Shown one piece after another: positions 45,753 to 56,005 of a DNA stretch of 58,797 nucleotides. Within the stretch, counting starts at the first letter, position 1. Each line of letters starts with the position of its first letter. A program made the position numbers and the translations under genes. The stretch spans positions 1-58,797 of the IMG/VR virus record IMGVR_UViG_3300018420_000021; one strand, given 5' to 3'. The notes below the pieces were generated by a model. It was not told where the DNA came from. It did no database searches and was given only the letters and a program-made list of their open reading frames with translations. Source of the DNA: a virus (Duplodnaviria > Caudoviricetes).

Positions 45753-46199
45753 ATGAAAGAAAAGTTTATTCAACTTTATATGAACTGGGCATGTGAAGCC
45801 GCAAAACTTAGCCATGCAAGACGGTTGCAGGTAGGTGCAGTTGTAGTCAAAGACGACACAGTTATCAGCTATGGTTATAATGGCATGCCTGCTGGTTGGG
45901 ATAACGATTGTGAAGATGAGGTCTATTCTAAAGTATCTGAGATTGAGGTAACAAAGGAGTTAATTACTAGACCAGAAGTGTTACACGCAGAGTCTAATGC
46001 TATTGCTAAACTAGCACGTTCGAATAATAGTGGGTTAAATGCCGATATTTTTATTACACATAGTCCTTGCATGGAATGTGCAAAGTTGATATTTCAAAGT
46101 GGAATAAAAAGAGTTTTTTATGCTGAAGACTATCGCAATAGTGTTGGGTTAGATTTTTTGAGAAAATCTAACATTGAAGTGACCCAAGTTGATAAATAG
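45753..46199 (+). CDS. dCMP deaminase (ComEB-like)
   Basis: QVGAVVVKD..IS.GYNG.P.G, LHAESNAI, THSPC.ECAKLI.QSGI. Confidence 0.92.
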   Translation: MKEKFIQLYMNWACEAAKLSHARRLQVGAVVVKDDTVISYGYNGMPAGWDNDCEDEVYSKVSEIEVTKELITRPEVLHAESNAIAKLARSNNSGLNADIFITHSPCMECAKLIFQSGIKRVFYAEDYRNSVGLDFLRKSNIEVTQVDK

Positions 46200-46282
46200 T
46201 TTTATAACCCTCAACAAACTTTAAATATGTTTACGAGCTCATCGAGAGCTTAGTAACAAAGATAGCCGGGAAGTTCTCACCA

Positions 46283-47110
46283 ATGACATTTTTAAATATA
46301 AATCTAAACAGTTTCCATCATAGACTTCTAATACTAGTCTATAGCTTGCATTTATTAGCTATAGCTGGATTAATCTACTATTGGGATCCTATCTACCTAT
46401 TATGGACGTTACTAGGAAAAATACTATTCTATAGTATTGGAGTAGAAATTGGTCTACATCGTTATCTAGCACATAGAAGTTTTAATATGGCAAAATGGAA
46501 AGAACGTATTTTATTATGGCTCAGCATCTATGGTTGCTACGGCAGTAGTCTAGGTTGGTGTGCTAATCATCGTGTGCATCATAAAAATGCAGACAAGCAC
46601 AATGATCCACATCCAAGTAAGAACTGGTTTACTACATGGTTTTGGGTTGACACAGAAAAAAATGTTGTGATTAGTCCAACAGTAGTTAAAGATTTAGTTA
46701 AAGATCCTTTCCATAAATGGATGCGTGACTATTATTTCCATATTTGGGCAGTTACATTAATAGTATCAGCAGTATTGGTTTCACCTAAGTTCACACTTTA
46801 CATGTTTATTGTTCCTGGAGCACTAGCACAACTTAGTGGCGGACTAGTAAACGTTGTTTGTCACAAATGGGGTTACAAAACTTATGACATTGACGATTAT
46901 AGTAGAAACAATTTTTGGGTGAACTTATATAGTCAATTCTCTGGAGTAGGGCTACACAATAATCATCATGCCAAACCTTGGAGTTATACCACATTGCCTG
47001 AAAATCCAAAATGGTATGAAATTGATTTAGGTGGCTGGCTAATTAGAAATTTTCTAATGGATAAAGAAGGCGAAGATTGGGACAACAAGAAAGAAAAAGC
47101 AAAAGCATGA
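46283..47110 (+). CDS. Delta-9-type fatty acid desaturase 1
   Basis: His boxes HRYLAH, HRVHH, HNNHH; DPH, TM segments. Confidence 0.9.
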   Translation: MTFLNINLNSFHHRLLILVYSLHLLAIAGLIYYWDPIYLLWTLLGKILFYSIGVEIGLHRYLAHRSFNMAKWKERILLWLSIYGCYGSSLGWCANHRVHHKNADKHNDPHPSKNWFTTWFWVDTEKNVVISPTVVKDLVKDPFHKWMRDYYFHIWAVTLIVSAVLVSPKFTLYMFIVPGALAQLSGGLVNVVCHKWGYKTYDIDDYSRNNFWVNLYSQFSGVGLHNNHHAKPWSYTTLPENPKWYEIDLGGWLIRNFLMDKEGEDWDNKKEKAKA

Positions 47111-47889
47111 ACATGAATCCATACTATCAAACACTATGGGCAGTATGGGGCAACCACATATTAACCGTAGTATTTTTAACACTAAATTTTGAATGGTGGC
47201 TGTTAGCATTTATGTTTGTTAACCTGCACATATTTGCATTCTTTAGTGAAGCAAGTATACACAGGTACTTCACACATCGAGCTTACACAGTAGGGTCACG
47301 TTTTAAGGAACATGTGTTAAAGTTATTTGCATTCCTAACAGGACAAGGTGCAATACTAAGTTGGGTTACAGTACATCGACATCATCATGCTCACGAAGAC
47401 AAACCGGGTGATCCACATAGTCCATACTTTTTTCCTTGGTGGAAAATCTATCTAGGACTATTCCCCAAAGAAGGTTACCAAAAAAATCTAATCATGGATT
47501 TGATTAGACATCGTGACAGAAAATATTTTATATTTGAAAACAAATATTACTGGTTGTTATGGACAGCAACATGGATTGTGAGCTATGCAATTCATCCATT
47601 GTTCTTTTTCTTTATTGTTAGCGGCAGTGCTATGTGGTACTTTGCTACCAGTGTAGTAAACATTCTTGCACACAAGCATCTAGTAGGATATAAAAAGTAT
47701 CCCGAAGCAGTTGCTAACAACAGTTTATTTTTACAATTACTAACTAGTATTGGAAATCACAATAACCATCACAAACGTCCTAGGAGTTATACCTATGCAC
47801 TTGACGAGTCTGAAAAAGACTGGATTGGTTTACTAATAGAAAAAGTATTTGCTAATACACTTGCAGTACCTAGAGGAGCAAAAAAATGA
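47107..47889 (+). CDS. Delta-9-type fatty acid desaturase 2
   Basis: HRYFTH, HRHHH, HNNHH; DPHSP. Confidence 0.9.
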   Translation: MNMNPYYQTLWAVWGNHILTVVFLTLNFEWWLLAFMFVNLHIFAFFSEASIHRYFTHRAYTVGSRFKEHVLKLFAFLTGQGAILSWVTVHRHHHAHEDKPGDPHSPYFFPWWKIYLGLFPKEGYQKNLIMDLIRHRDRKYFIFENKYYWLLWTATWIVSYAIHPLFFFFIVSGSAMWYFATSVVNILAHKHLVGYKKYPEAVANNSLFLQLLTSIGNHNNHHKRPRSYTYALDESEKDWIGLLIEKVFANTLAVPRGAKK

Positions 47890-48770
47890 GTAAATCATTA
47901 TTACACACAATAGACCCAGATAGATGGCGTCCCACAGCGACAGGCAATAAAATTAAAGTAGGCATGTTCTTAGCACATGTTGTATTTTTTGCATGGTGTT
48001 TCTCAGATGAATTCAGCTGGACATTCTTGTTGATTGCTACACCGTTTCTTTGGTTCTTTGTTGGTAAGATGGGTATGGAAGTAGGCTATCATAGACTATG
48101 GTGCCACAGAAGTTTTACTACATACAAATGGGTAGAGTGGTTGCTTATGATCTTAGGTGTAGTAAGTAATGCTGGTAGCTGTATTACTTGGGTTGCAATG
48201 CATCGTGTTCATCATCAGAAGGCAGACAGACCCGGTGATCCACAAAATCCGCACACTCACAAACGTTGGCAATTATGGCTAACAGACTTTGGTGATGATT
48301 GGAGCTCCGGCCCAAGGCATATCAAAGACCTGTTGCATGACCCAATGCAAAGATTTTTCCATAGAAACTATTTCAAACTTGAAATTGCTTATGTGTTGTT
48401 CTGGGGAGCATTGAGCTTGTACTTTCAATCTTGGTATCCTATTTTGGCAGCCTGGAGTATTCCGGTTATAAGTAACTTCAACTTAGCTGGATTCTTAAAT
48501 GCTCATTTTCACAGAGCCAAGAAAAAGAACTGGAAGCCTATAGGTAGTTATCGTAACTTCGATACTCAAGACGACAGTTTGAACTCAGCTATTTTAAATA
48601 TTTTTATGTGTGGTGGAGCATTGCATAATAATCATCATGCACATGATAAGAGCTACACATACAATGTGTACAGACGTTGGTATGAACCAGATCTGACTGG
48701 TTGGTTTGTTAAAAACTTTATGGCAACCAGCGTAGTTGATGTACATTTACCGGACCCTAAAAAGGCTTAG
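47886..48770 (+). CDS. Delta-9-type fatty acid desaturase 3
   Basis: HRLWCH, HRVHH, HNNHH. Confidence 0.9.
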   Translation: MSKSLLHTIDPDRWRPTATGNKIKVGMFLAHVVFFAWCFSDEFSWTFLLIATPFLWFFVGKMGMEVGYHRLWCHRSFTTYKWVEWLLMILGVVSNAGSCITWVAMHRVHHQKADRPGDPQNPHTHKRWQLWLTDFGDDWSSGPRHIKDLLHDPMQRFFHRNYFKLEIAYVLFWGALSLYFQSWYPILAAWSIPVISNFNLAGFLNAHFHRAKKKNWKPIGSYRNFDTQDDSLNSAILNIFMCGGALHNNHHAHDKSYTYNVYRRWYEPDLTGWFVKNFMATSVVDVHLPDPKKA

Positions 48771-48771
48771 A

Positions 48772-49437
48772 ATGTTTACTACTCGAATATACACTGCTGA
48801 AGATCTACAACAAGACAAAAACTTACAAAAACAATTCTTAGATGTTATGCTTTCTAAAAGTAAAGACATGGGAATAGTTCATGACAAACTAGCAACATTT
48901 ACGGAATTTAAAAGTTTATTAGCCAATGCACCTGCCTTTGTTAAATGTTACATTGCTGTATATGATCAAGATAAGTTTCTTGGTTTTATGTTATTAAAAG
49001 TATTAAACACCGGAGAGACCAACGTCGTTTGTTTTACTAGTATTAACTTTGTTTATCAAAACCTATTAGATTGGTCTAAACCACATCCGTGGAAATCTGC
49101 ATTAGATACTGCCGCCGAGTATATGATAGAAAATAACATTTATGATGCATATTCGATGCAACCCAACCGTCCAGCTATACAAAAACATTGGAAATCTGGT
49201 AAAGATGCTATGCGTTACTGCCGTGAATGGTATGATGACGAAAAACAGACATATAAATGGCACAAGTTTGTAGAATCTGTATTAGAACCTGATGAAACGC
49301 CTGCTAATTCTTTTTTGTATTCGTTGGTGATGGGAAGAAAACTGCAAAAGGTTCCTGTTGTTATTAGACGCTTTACCCTTAAAAACGAATACCGTCCAGA
49401 CTGGAAAAAAGTCAAACATTGGTGGCCCGAAGACTAA
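48772..49437 (+). CDS. Hypothetical protein (possibly GNAT-like fold)
   Basis: ORF continuing the desaturase operon; YIAVYDQDKFLGFM strand pattern. Confidence 0.6.
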   Translation: MFTTRIYTAEDLQQDKNLQKQFLDVMLSKSKDMGIVHDKLATFTEFKSLLANAPAFVKCYIAVYDQDKFLGFMLLKVLNTGETNVVCFTSINFVYQNLLDWSKPHPWKSALDTAAEYMIENNIYDAYSMQPNRPAIQKHWKSGKDAMRYCREWYDDEKQTYKWHKFVESVLEPDETPANSFLYSLVMGRKLQKVPVVIRRFTLKNEYRPDWKKVKHWWPED

Positions 49438-49594
49438 ATATTTTTGCAACGCCGGTGCAACGCCGACGTCGGAATTATTTGGACGCTTTGGTTGAATTAA
49501 CCATTTATCAATGTTGACATTGTAACGCCCTTCCGTGTATAGTGTGTAGATACATCTATTAGCAAAATAATAAGTTAAGGAACAATCTACACAA

Positions 49595-50866
49595 ATGCTT
49601 GAAATAGCGACAGCAGGATTTGTTGGTATAATTTCTGGGGTGCTAACTGGACTCGCTCCTGGTATCCCTATCTTACTAGGATATTTTCTGTTCTTACCAA
49701 TTATTGATCCTACCCCTTTGCCTTTGTTGTGTTATGCAATGGTAGCACTGATGGGTACTCAGTTCTTTGGTAGTCAAGCCGCTTTGTATTATCGTATTCC
49801 TGGCGAATCAAGTTCCTTTCCGATTCTATTTGAACTAAAAAACTTTAAAACACCTGGTGAGATTTATCAAGCGGTGCAAACAACTACCTATGGCAGTTTA
49901 GTAGCTAGTTTGTTTGCCAGTGGTATACTGACATTAACTTTGATGGCTGGATTACTACAAGGTCTCACTCTTCCAATACTGGCAAAATTTGCAATATTTG
50001 TATTTTTGATAGTAGTGTCTATCACTAGCGATAGACGCTGGATAATCAACACATTAACAATAGTATTTTGCTCTTTTATTTCGTTCTATGAAGATCTAGC
50101 TCCTTATGTTGGTACACCAACATATTATTTCAACAGTTTATTAGCATTGATTATTATAGTATCAATGCAGATGACTTTTAAAGATCCTGAAGAAATCAAT
50201 TACGACTTGGTCGATAAAACAGATAAGCAACCTTTTCCTGTAAGAAAATGGATTGGACCATTTTCCATATACAGCCTACTAGGATCGCTCTTTGGGTTTG
50301 TACCACAGTTAGGAGCTTCACTTTCAAGTTATTGTTGTTACCTCTATCAAAAATTCAGAGGGCATTCGCCACTGGCACGTGTAGCCGCTAGCGAAACTGC
50401 TAATAACTCTGCTATCATAACAGCATGGTTACCTTTGTTAGTATTTGGAATTCCTATTACTGCAACTGAAGTGTTTTTTGTACAGTATTTTAATCAATTG
50501 GGGTTTGGGTTTGAGTTTATGAAAGAAACATCAAACCAACTTACTCTACTAGGTGTGTTAGTCTTTGCCACTTTTACGTTTTCGGCGCTGGCATTGACTA
50601 CAAATAAGTATTTTTATAATTGGATTGCGCTAATTTTAACTACACGCTGGTTTGGTGTAATCATAGCAACAATTAGTATTTCGATGTTCTTTTATGCTAA
50701 CAGCTATACGTTTCAGTATATACTAGTTCATCTTGCTGTGTTTTTACCAATCAGTTATATTGTAGCAAAATTAAAAGTAAACCTTTTACCGATAGTAATT
50801 GGATTCTTGTTAACAGGACAGATCTTACAAACAGGTTATCGAGTGTTCCAAATTTACATATTCTAA
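49595..50866 (+). CDS. tctA: Second TctA-like permease
   Basis: GVLTGLAPG, FFGS.....RIPGESSS, SETANNSA, FGIPIT. Confidence 0.8.
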   Translation: MLEIATAGFVGIISGVLTGLAPGIPILLGYFLFLPIIDPTPLPLLCYAMVALMGTQFFGSQAALYYRIPGESSSFPILFELKNFKTPGEIYQAVQTTTYGSLVASLFASGILTLTLMAGLLQGLTLPILAKFAIFVFLIVVSITSDRRWIINTLTIVFCSFISFYEDLAPYVGTPTYYFNSLLALIIIVSMQMTFKDPEEINYDLVDKTDKQPFPVRKWIGPFSIYSLLGSLFGFVPQLGASLSSYCCYLYQKFRGHSPLARVAASETANNSAIITAWLPLLVFGIPITATEVFFVQYFNQLGFGFEFMKETSNQLTLLGVLVFATFTFSALALTTNKYFYNWIALILTTRWFGVIIATISISMFFYANSYTFQYILVHLAVFLPISYIVAKLKVNLLPIVIGFLLTGQILQTGYRVFQIYIF

Positions 50867-50885
50867 ACCATAAGGAGAAAACAGA

Positions 50886-51740
50886 ATGTTAAATAAAATC
50901 TTAAAGACTTCCGTACTGGGTGCGGTTCTGTCTATTGCAGTTGCTACTTCTGCAAGTGCGTTCGAAGTAGTTGCTACTTCAACTCTCAAAGGCCCACAAG
51001 GCGTGTTAATTAATAACATTGCTGAACTTGGTAAAAAGTCAGACTTTAATATTTCCGCTAAACAGACTGGCGGTTGTGGTGAGTCAGTTAGTTACTTTGA
51101 ATCTGCTACGGATCCAGTAGGTATTATTTGGTCAAATAGCATGTATCGTAACAGCAAAAAGAAAAATCAAAACTGCGTAATAGATTTTGCAAAAGCAAAG
51201 CCAATTGCTGTTACATATGCACCATACGACATCTGCGTTAGAAAAGGCGTTACACTTAAACCAGGTAGCAACCTTTTGTTTGGTAACAATAAGTTTAACC
51301 CACAGGCTAGTCAAATTGAGCATATTAATGCCAATAACATGAACATTACTTTTAAGAATGTTACATACGGCGGCAGTGGTCCAGCTCTAACAGGTTTGGT
51401 CAATGGCGAAGTTGATGTTGCAATGATTGCTACTTCAGTTGCTAGTAGCGGAATTAAAGCAGGCACAATCGATTGTCTGTACTCAACTGGTTCAACACGT
51501 TATGGTCAAAGCCCAATGAGCGACTTAACTGGTGACAATCCACTTAGTGAATACAGCCTTGGTATGATGCTCTTTGTTCGCAACATGTCAGACAAAGATC
51601 TAGCTACACTAGAAAAGTCATTAAGTGACTTAGGTCTAAGACTTGAGCCGCAAAACATGGTTAACACTAAAGTAGGTGTTGACTCTGCAACACTCGATGA
51701 ATACATCGAAGGTGCTAAAATCCAACTTAACTGGAAATAA
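50886..51740 (+). CDS. tctC: Second TctC/Bug-like binding protein
   Basis: Signal peptide; VTYGGSGPALTGLVNGEVD (cf. VPY.G..PAL..LLGG.VD). Confidence 0.72.
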   Translation: MLNKILKTSVLGAVLSIAVATSASAFEVVATSTLKGPQGVLINNIAELGKKSDFNISAKQTGGCGESVSYFESATDPVGIIWSNSMYRNSKKKNQNCVIDFAKAKPIAVTYAPYDICVRKGVTLKPGSNLLFGNNKFNPQASQIEHINANNMNITFKNVTYGGSGPALTGLVNGEVDVAMIATSVASSGIKAGTIDCLYSTGSTRYGQSPMSDLTGDNPLSEYSLGMMLFVRNMSDKDLATLEKSLSDLGLRLEPQNMVNTKVGVDSATLDEYIEGAKIQLNWK

Positions 51741-51744
51741 TATT

Positions 51745-52971
51745 ATGAAGGTAGTCAGTCCATCTAGTATCGGTGACCGTAACGGCTTTTATCAGATCGG
51801 TAATCGTAAGACTTATCTTAAAACCGAACTGATGGACTGGCACCATCATATGCCACAAGAATGGAAATGGAATTATAACGATGACTTCTTTGGGCAATTT
51901 GATTGGAGTCAAGAGCCCAAAGAAGACATTCGAGAAATATACAAACAACGTGCGTTAGAACTTCGACGCAGTTACGATTATCTAATATTATATTACAGCG
52001 GTGGACACGATAGTGCCAATATGCTATATGCCTTCTTAGACAACAATATTCCAATTGACGAAGTGTGTGTTTACTATAGCAAATATGACAAAGTCAGTAA
52101 TCAATACAAAGAGTTAACTGCACTAACTTGGAACAAAATCAAATGGCTAAAAACTAAATATCCTTCATTGAATGTGCGTATAATCGACTATGGTGATATG
52201 TTCAAGAACTGGAAAGATATTATTTGCAAGTACGGTTTCGGAGATAATCTGTTTGATGTATTTGGTAGCATGCTTAGTATTAACCGAATTATTGCCGACG
52301 AGTTTTACTTAACTATCCCAGACTGGAATAAGTTACTGGAAAAGGGTAAGAATTTAGCATGGGTTTTTGGATCAGACAAACCTATGATCCGTTACCTAGA
52401 CAACAATTGGATATTTAATTTTCATGATGCATTTGTGCAAGCTCGCATGACTCCATTGCGTCAGTTATACGATGATGGCACAAAAGGCAGTTACGAATAT
52501 TTTTACTGGAGTCCCACTGATATTTGCCAAAAGATTATACGTAAACAATGTCACTTATTAGTTAATAATTATCACGAACGTGCTAAACAAGACTTTAGTA
52601 AAATTCCTGGTGCTAAACCACACAACCCGAGTTATGGTTGGGAAGTAGATAGTATGAGTCCTGAGTTCGTACAAACTATCTATCCGCGATTGTTTGACTT
52701 TGGCGAAACATACTTTATCGAAAAAAATCAAAAGTATATCTTTGGTAACCGAGATCAATGGTACTTTGACAGTAACCACGAAGGTGCTCTTGATCACTAT
52801 GACATGTATTCAAGCCTTAACAGCAGTTTATACAGTCATTACCATATGTGGATGAACAACGGCAAGCAGATCGAAAACGGATTGAAGAATGCTATAAGCC
52901 AAAACTATGTTATATATAGTAGTCCAAAAGAAGATGTTGTTGATACTACATTGGTTACTGGAAAAATCTAA
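51745..52971 (+). CDS. PP-loop (N-type ATP pyrophosphatase superfamily) protein
   Basis: LYYSGGHDS motif; start refined. Confidence 0.7.
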   Translation: MKVVSPSSIGDRNGFYQIGNRKTYLKTELMDWHHHMPQEWKWNYNDDFFGQFDWSQEPKEDIREIYKQRALELRRSYDYLILYYSGGHDSANMLYAFLDNNIPIDEVCVYYSKYDKVSNQYKELTALTWNKIKWLKTKYPSLNVRIIDYGDMFKNWKDIICKYGFGDNLFDVFGSMLSINRIIADEFYLTIPDWNKLLEKGKNLAWVFGSDKPMIRYLDNNWIFNFHDAFVQARMTPLRQLYDDGTKGSYEYFYWSPTDICQKIIRKQCHLLVNNYHERAKQDFSKIPGAKPHNPSYGWEVDSMSPEFVQTIYPRLFDFGETYFIEKNQKYIFGNRDQWYFDSNHEGALDHYDMYSSLNSSLYSHYHMWMNNGKQIENGLKNAISQNYVIYSSPKEDVVDTTLVTGKI

Positions 52972-53047
52972 TCAAAATGGCTTGACTTTCTATACTATAG
53001 ACGTTATATTAACATAATACAACAATCTGTAAGTAGAGGATATTATA

Positions 53048-53224
53048 ATGCCAGATACATTTGAAAACATCGAAATTCGTAAAGCCGCGAACGGGTTTAT
53101 TTTAATCGTTAGCGACGAAGATGACGATGCACGTGAGTATGTCTATGACACCAGTCGTAAACTAATGCGTATGCTCAAGCCTATACTTGAAGGGCGCAAG
53201 AACTCAAAACTGGAGCCAGTGTAA
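53048..53224 (+). CDS. Small hypothetical protein (58 aa)
   Basis: TTGACT..TATATT promoter, GAGGA RBS; IEIRKAANGFIL; hand-translated. Confidence 0.7.
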   Translation: MPDTFENIEIRKAANGFILIVSDEDDDAREYVYDTSRKLMRMLKPILEGRKNSKLEPV

Positions 53225-53904
53225 TGGCTTCGTTGGAAGAGCAAGAACGCACCGTTGAAACTCTTAAACACGGACCCAGAACCTATTTCATCTCCCTCGG
53301 AGGCTATGGTGGAGAAATGGTCTATGGGCGTTTGACCAAAGAGCAGTTTACATACTGGAAAGAACGTGAAGAAGATTTTGAAGAGTATATGTGTGATTGG
53401 GAAAGGAATTTCCCAGAAATGAAAGAATGGGCTGACGTCCCAGCACATGCTCAAATCGAAGGCGAGTGGCATGACATGAGTGATATACTACACGAAAACG
53501 GTTGTGCTGTATCCGGTGCATGGGTGCAAGTTGAAAGCGAAGATCCTCAAGGCAATAAAGAAGAAGTTTTTGATGGAGCGTGGGAAGATTTTGCTGGAAG
53601 ATATGGCGTTGAAGCCGTAGAAGAAGTTGACAATGAAGAACTGCCCGACGATGCTCCTTATGTTTATTTTGGTATGAGCGTAGAAAAAGGACATTTTCAT
53701 ACATACAGTTTTGAATCTTCAGTGCCTCCACGGTGGAACTTGTTGCGCTATGATACTGCAATATATCCTAACGGCGATACACTCTTTTATGATCTTTACT
53801 TTGTTAACGAAGATGGGTCCGTCAATGAAAGTATTAACGTTGAGGATAACGGCGGAGACGGCACAACAGGCAAAGCTATGTATCACGAACTGTTTGAAAA
53901 TTAG
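53224..53904 (+). CDS. Hypothetical acidic protein
   Basis: 226 aa, coupled. Confidence 0.75.
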   Translation: MASLEEQERTVETLKHGPRTYFISLGGYGGEMVYGRLTKEQFTYWKEREEDFEEYMCDWERNFPEMKEWADVPAHAQIEGEWHDMSDILHENGCAVSGAWVQVESEDPQGNKEEVFDGAWEDFAGRYGVEAVEEVDNEELPDDAPYVYFGMSVEKGHFHTYSFESSVPPRWNLLRYDTAIYPNGDTLFYDLYFVNEDGSVNESINVEDNGGDGTTGKAMYHELFEN

Positions 53905-53969
53905 GTTGACACAACCTAATTTCAGTGCTAGTATAGGACACACTTAAACAACAAGCAGAGTTTTGCCTA

Positions 53970-54296
53970 ATGTACAAAGTTACGGAAAAGCGTCTACGTC
54001 ATGAGTTTGCGAAAATCAGTCGCACAGTGTTTGACGGTGAACTAGAGTTTTCTGCAATTGACGTGTTGGAAATAGAAGACTCTGACAGCGAAGCTGGATG
54101 GTGTGTACCTGAAGATGACGGCAACGTTTATTTTGGTGTTATGGCAGAGTTTCCGTGTGTACATTCATTCACAGATACACTTGCCCACGAGATGATCCAC
54201 TTACATCAGATTGTGAATAACAAGCCTGTAAACCACGGAAAATACTTTAAAAAATGGGTAGAACGTTGTGAGAGTCAAGGTTATTACGCAGATTAA
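53970..54296 (+). CDS. SprT-like zinc metalloprotease
   Basis: TLAHEMIH...NHG..F. Confidence 0.8.
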   Translation: MYKVTEKRLRHEFAKISRTVFDGELEFSAIDVLEIEDSDSEAGWCVPEDDGNVYFGVMAEFPCVHSFTDTLAHEMIHLHQIVNNKPVNHGKYFKKWVERCESQGYYAD

Positions 54297-54370
54297 ACGT
54301 CTTTTTTGGTTGACATTTTGATACCTTGGTGCTATATTATATAGACAATAAGGAATTAGGAGACTCGTCG

Positions 54371-54793
54371 ATGCAAGTAGAACTTAAAGATATTGCCCGT
54401 CAAGACCTTGAGATGTTCATTTACGAAGAGCATAAAACTGCTTTTGGTACCAAAGGTCGTCATTACAACTTTGCTAGCATGAGCATGGAAGAGCTTCGTG
54501 CAGAAGCTGAGTACATTGCAGATGCATGTGATCGGGTGGCTAAGGAAGAAGCCCGACGAGCCCAAGAGGCTGTTACTGAGTGTGAAAACCTCATCAACAA
54601 CACTATAAATTTAGGTGCTGGCGACCGTGCAACGGCTCTACGTTGGTTGACTGAGGATGAACGTTTCTATCACAGCCAAGACGTTGAGCATTGGGTTTGG
54701 AATCAAGGTGTTCTGTTTACCGATTACGGACGTGAGCTTGTTAAAGAGCTCGAGGCTGTTGTTGTTTATGAAGAGTATGAGGATGCGGCATGA
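54371..54793 (+). CDS. Hypothetical early protein
   Basis: Early promoter at 54309 and AGGAG RBS. Confidence 0.75.
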   Translation: MQVELKDIARQDLEMFIYEEHKTAFGTKGRHYNFASMSMEELRAEAEYIADACDRVAKEEARRAQEAVTECENLINNTINLGAGDRATALRWLTEDERFYHSQDVEHWVWNQGVLFTDYGRELVKELEAVVVYEEYEDAA

Positions 54794-55137
54794 GCAAGAC
54801 TATTAGCCTTAGTGAAACCGGAGTTGGCGTTGATATAGTTGGAACCAGCTACAGCGGTTTAATCAAAGCCACATACGATGAGCTGGTAGCTTTGTTTGGT
54901 GAGCCCGAAGCATCATCTGGCGATGGTAAAGTTAATAGCTCTTGGAATATTGAGTTTTTTGTTGAAGACTTGGAAAATGAAACACAAGACTATGTGATCA
55001 CTACCATCTACGATTGGAAAGAAAAAGAAACTCCAATGGGTAGCTACGAATGGCACGTTGGTGGACATGGTCCCGATGCACTCTACACACTAGAAGACTA
55101 TTTACTGGAGCAGAAGCATGCAACCAGCACAAATTGA
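54790..55137 (+). CDS. Hypothetical protein (L..LFGEP..DGKV...W...TIYDWK)
   Basis: Coupled ORF, conserved phage-type motif. Confidence 0.75.
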   Translation: MSKTISLSETGVGVDIVGTSYSGLIKATYDELVALFGEPEASSGDGKVNSSWNIEFFVEDLENETQDYVITTIYDWKEKETPMGSYEWHVGGHGPDALYTLEDYLLEQKHATSTN

Positions 55138-55303
55138 AATAGAATTTACACAACCGTGGATAAACGAACATTTTGATCTATTCATGAAAAAGGTGTTTGA
55201 TTTTCATCAACAGTATTCTGCAGATTATTCGATAACTGTGGATAACGCCTGCAACGGGCGTGTTAAGTACATCGCTAAACAAAAGGAAACAGTTAATGGG
55301 TGA
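55118..55303 (+). CDS. Small hypothetical protein
   Basis: GGAG RBS, overlapping neighbours. Confidence 0.6.
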   Translation: MQPAQIEIEFTQPWINEHFDLFMKKVFDFHQQYSADYSITVDNACNGRVKYIAKQKETVNG

Positions 55304-55472
55304 AGTAGTTGAAGTTCGTGAGTTTTGGGAACGTAAAGTAGACAACGTGTTTATGCGTTTTCAGTATACGGGAGATACCCGTGAGTTTGTTACTGATCTA
55401 ACAAGACTTGGTTACAACGAAGAAAAAGTTGAGGCTATTCTCGATAACTGGATGGAGAGTATTGATGGTTGA
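55296..55472 (+). CDS. Small hypothetical protein
   Basis: AAGGA RBS; start refined. Confidence 0.6.
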   Translation: MGEVVEVREFWERKVDNVFMRFQYTGDTREFVTDLTRLGYNEEKVEAILDNWMESIDG

Positions 55473-55710
55473 AGATCGTGAAGGGGTGCTTTGCACCTAC
55501 AAGTACAAGTTTCCTGTGGACAGGTTTGACCGTCCCGGCGGCTTTTATAGCATGGCTGATTTGCCTATTGCTGGACACAAAGTTCTAGTTCGTGAGGGCT
55601 ATGCTACGGCCCGTGACAGGGATCAAGAGGTCTATGAGATCTACGATGCCGAGAACGATTGGCGTATGGTGGTGCCATTTGCCGATGTAGAATTTCCAGA
55701 AAATTCCTAA
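55465..55710 (+). CDS. Small hypothetical protein
   Basis: GGAG RBS; start refined. Confidence 0.6.
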   Translation: MVEDREGVLCTYKYKFPVDRFDRPGGFYSMADLPIAGHKVLVREGYATARDRDQEVYEIYDAENDWRMVVPFADVEFPENS

Positions 55711-55748
55711 GTCGTTGAAATACAACACTTTTTTCTAGCACAAAATAG

Positions 55749-55795
55749 TTGACATTTTGGACAGTGATGCTATACTGTATATAACAGTTAGGAAA
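55749..55795 (+). promoter_or_regulatory. Early sigma70-type promoter (second copy of 28-bp block)
   Basis: TTGACA-16-TATACT; block identical to 21051-21078. Confidence 0.8.
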
Positions 55796-55807
55796 GAGGA
55801 GTAGGGA

Positions 55808-56005
55808 ATGACAAAGATTTTCAGTTTTTTAGCAGTTGGCGCACTAGGAGCAGGCTTAGTCTATAGCATGAATTCAGCACTGAGCCTTCCTGATGTGCAT
55901 GTTAGTTACAGCACCAATGAGTGTGTTAAGGTGGTGAACTATGCTTCTACTGCATATTCATGCGAAAATCTCCCTACTAAGTTTTATCATGTTTGGACCA
56001 AATAA
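55808..56005 (+). CDS. Small membrane-anchored protein
   Basis: N-terminal TM, two Cys; GAGGAG RBS. Confidence 0.7.
   Translation: MTKIFSFLAVGALGAGLVYSMNSALSLPDVHVSYSTNECVKVVNYASTAYSCENLPTKFYHVWTK

Noticed and set aside
51745-52971. Calling the SGGHDS protein QueC
   Set aside because: Much longer than QueC and lacks its C-terminal Cys zinc cluster; only superfamily-level support
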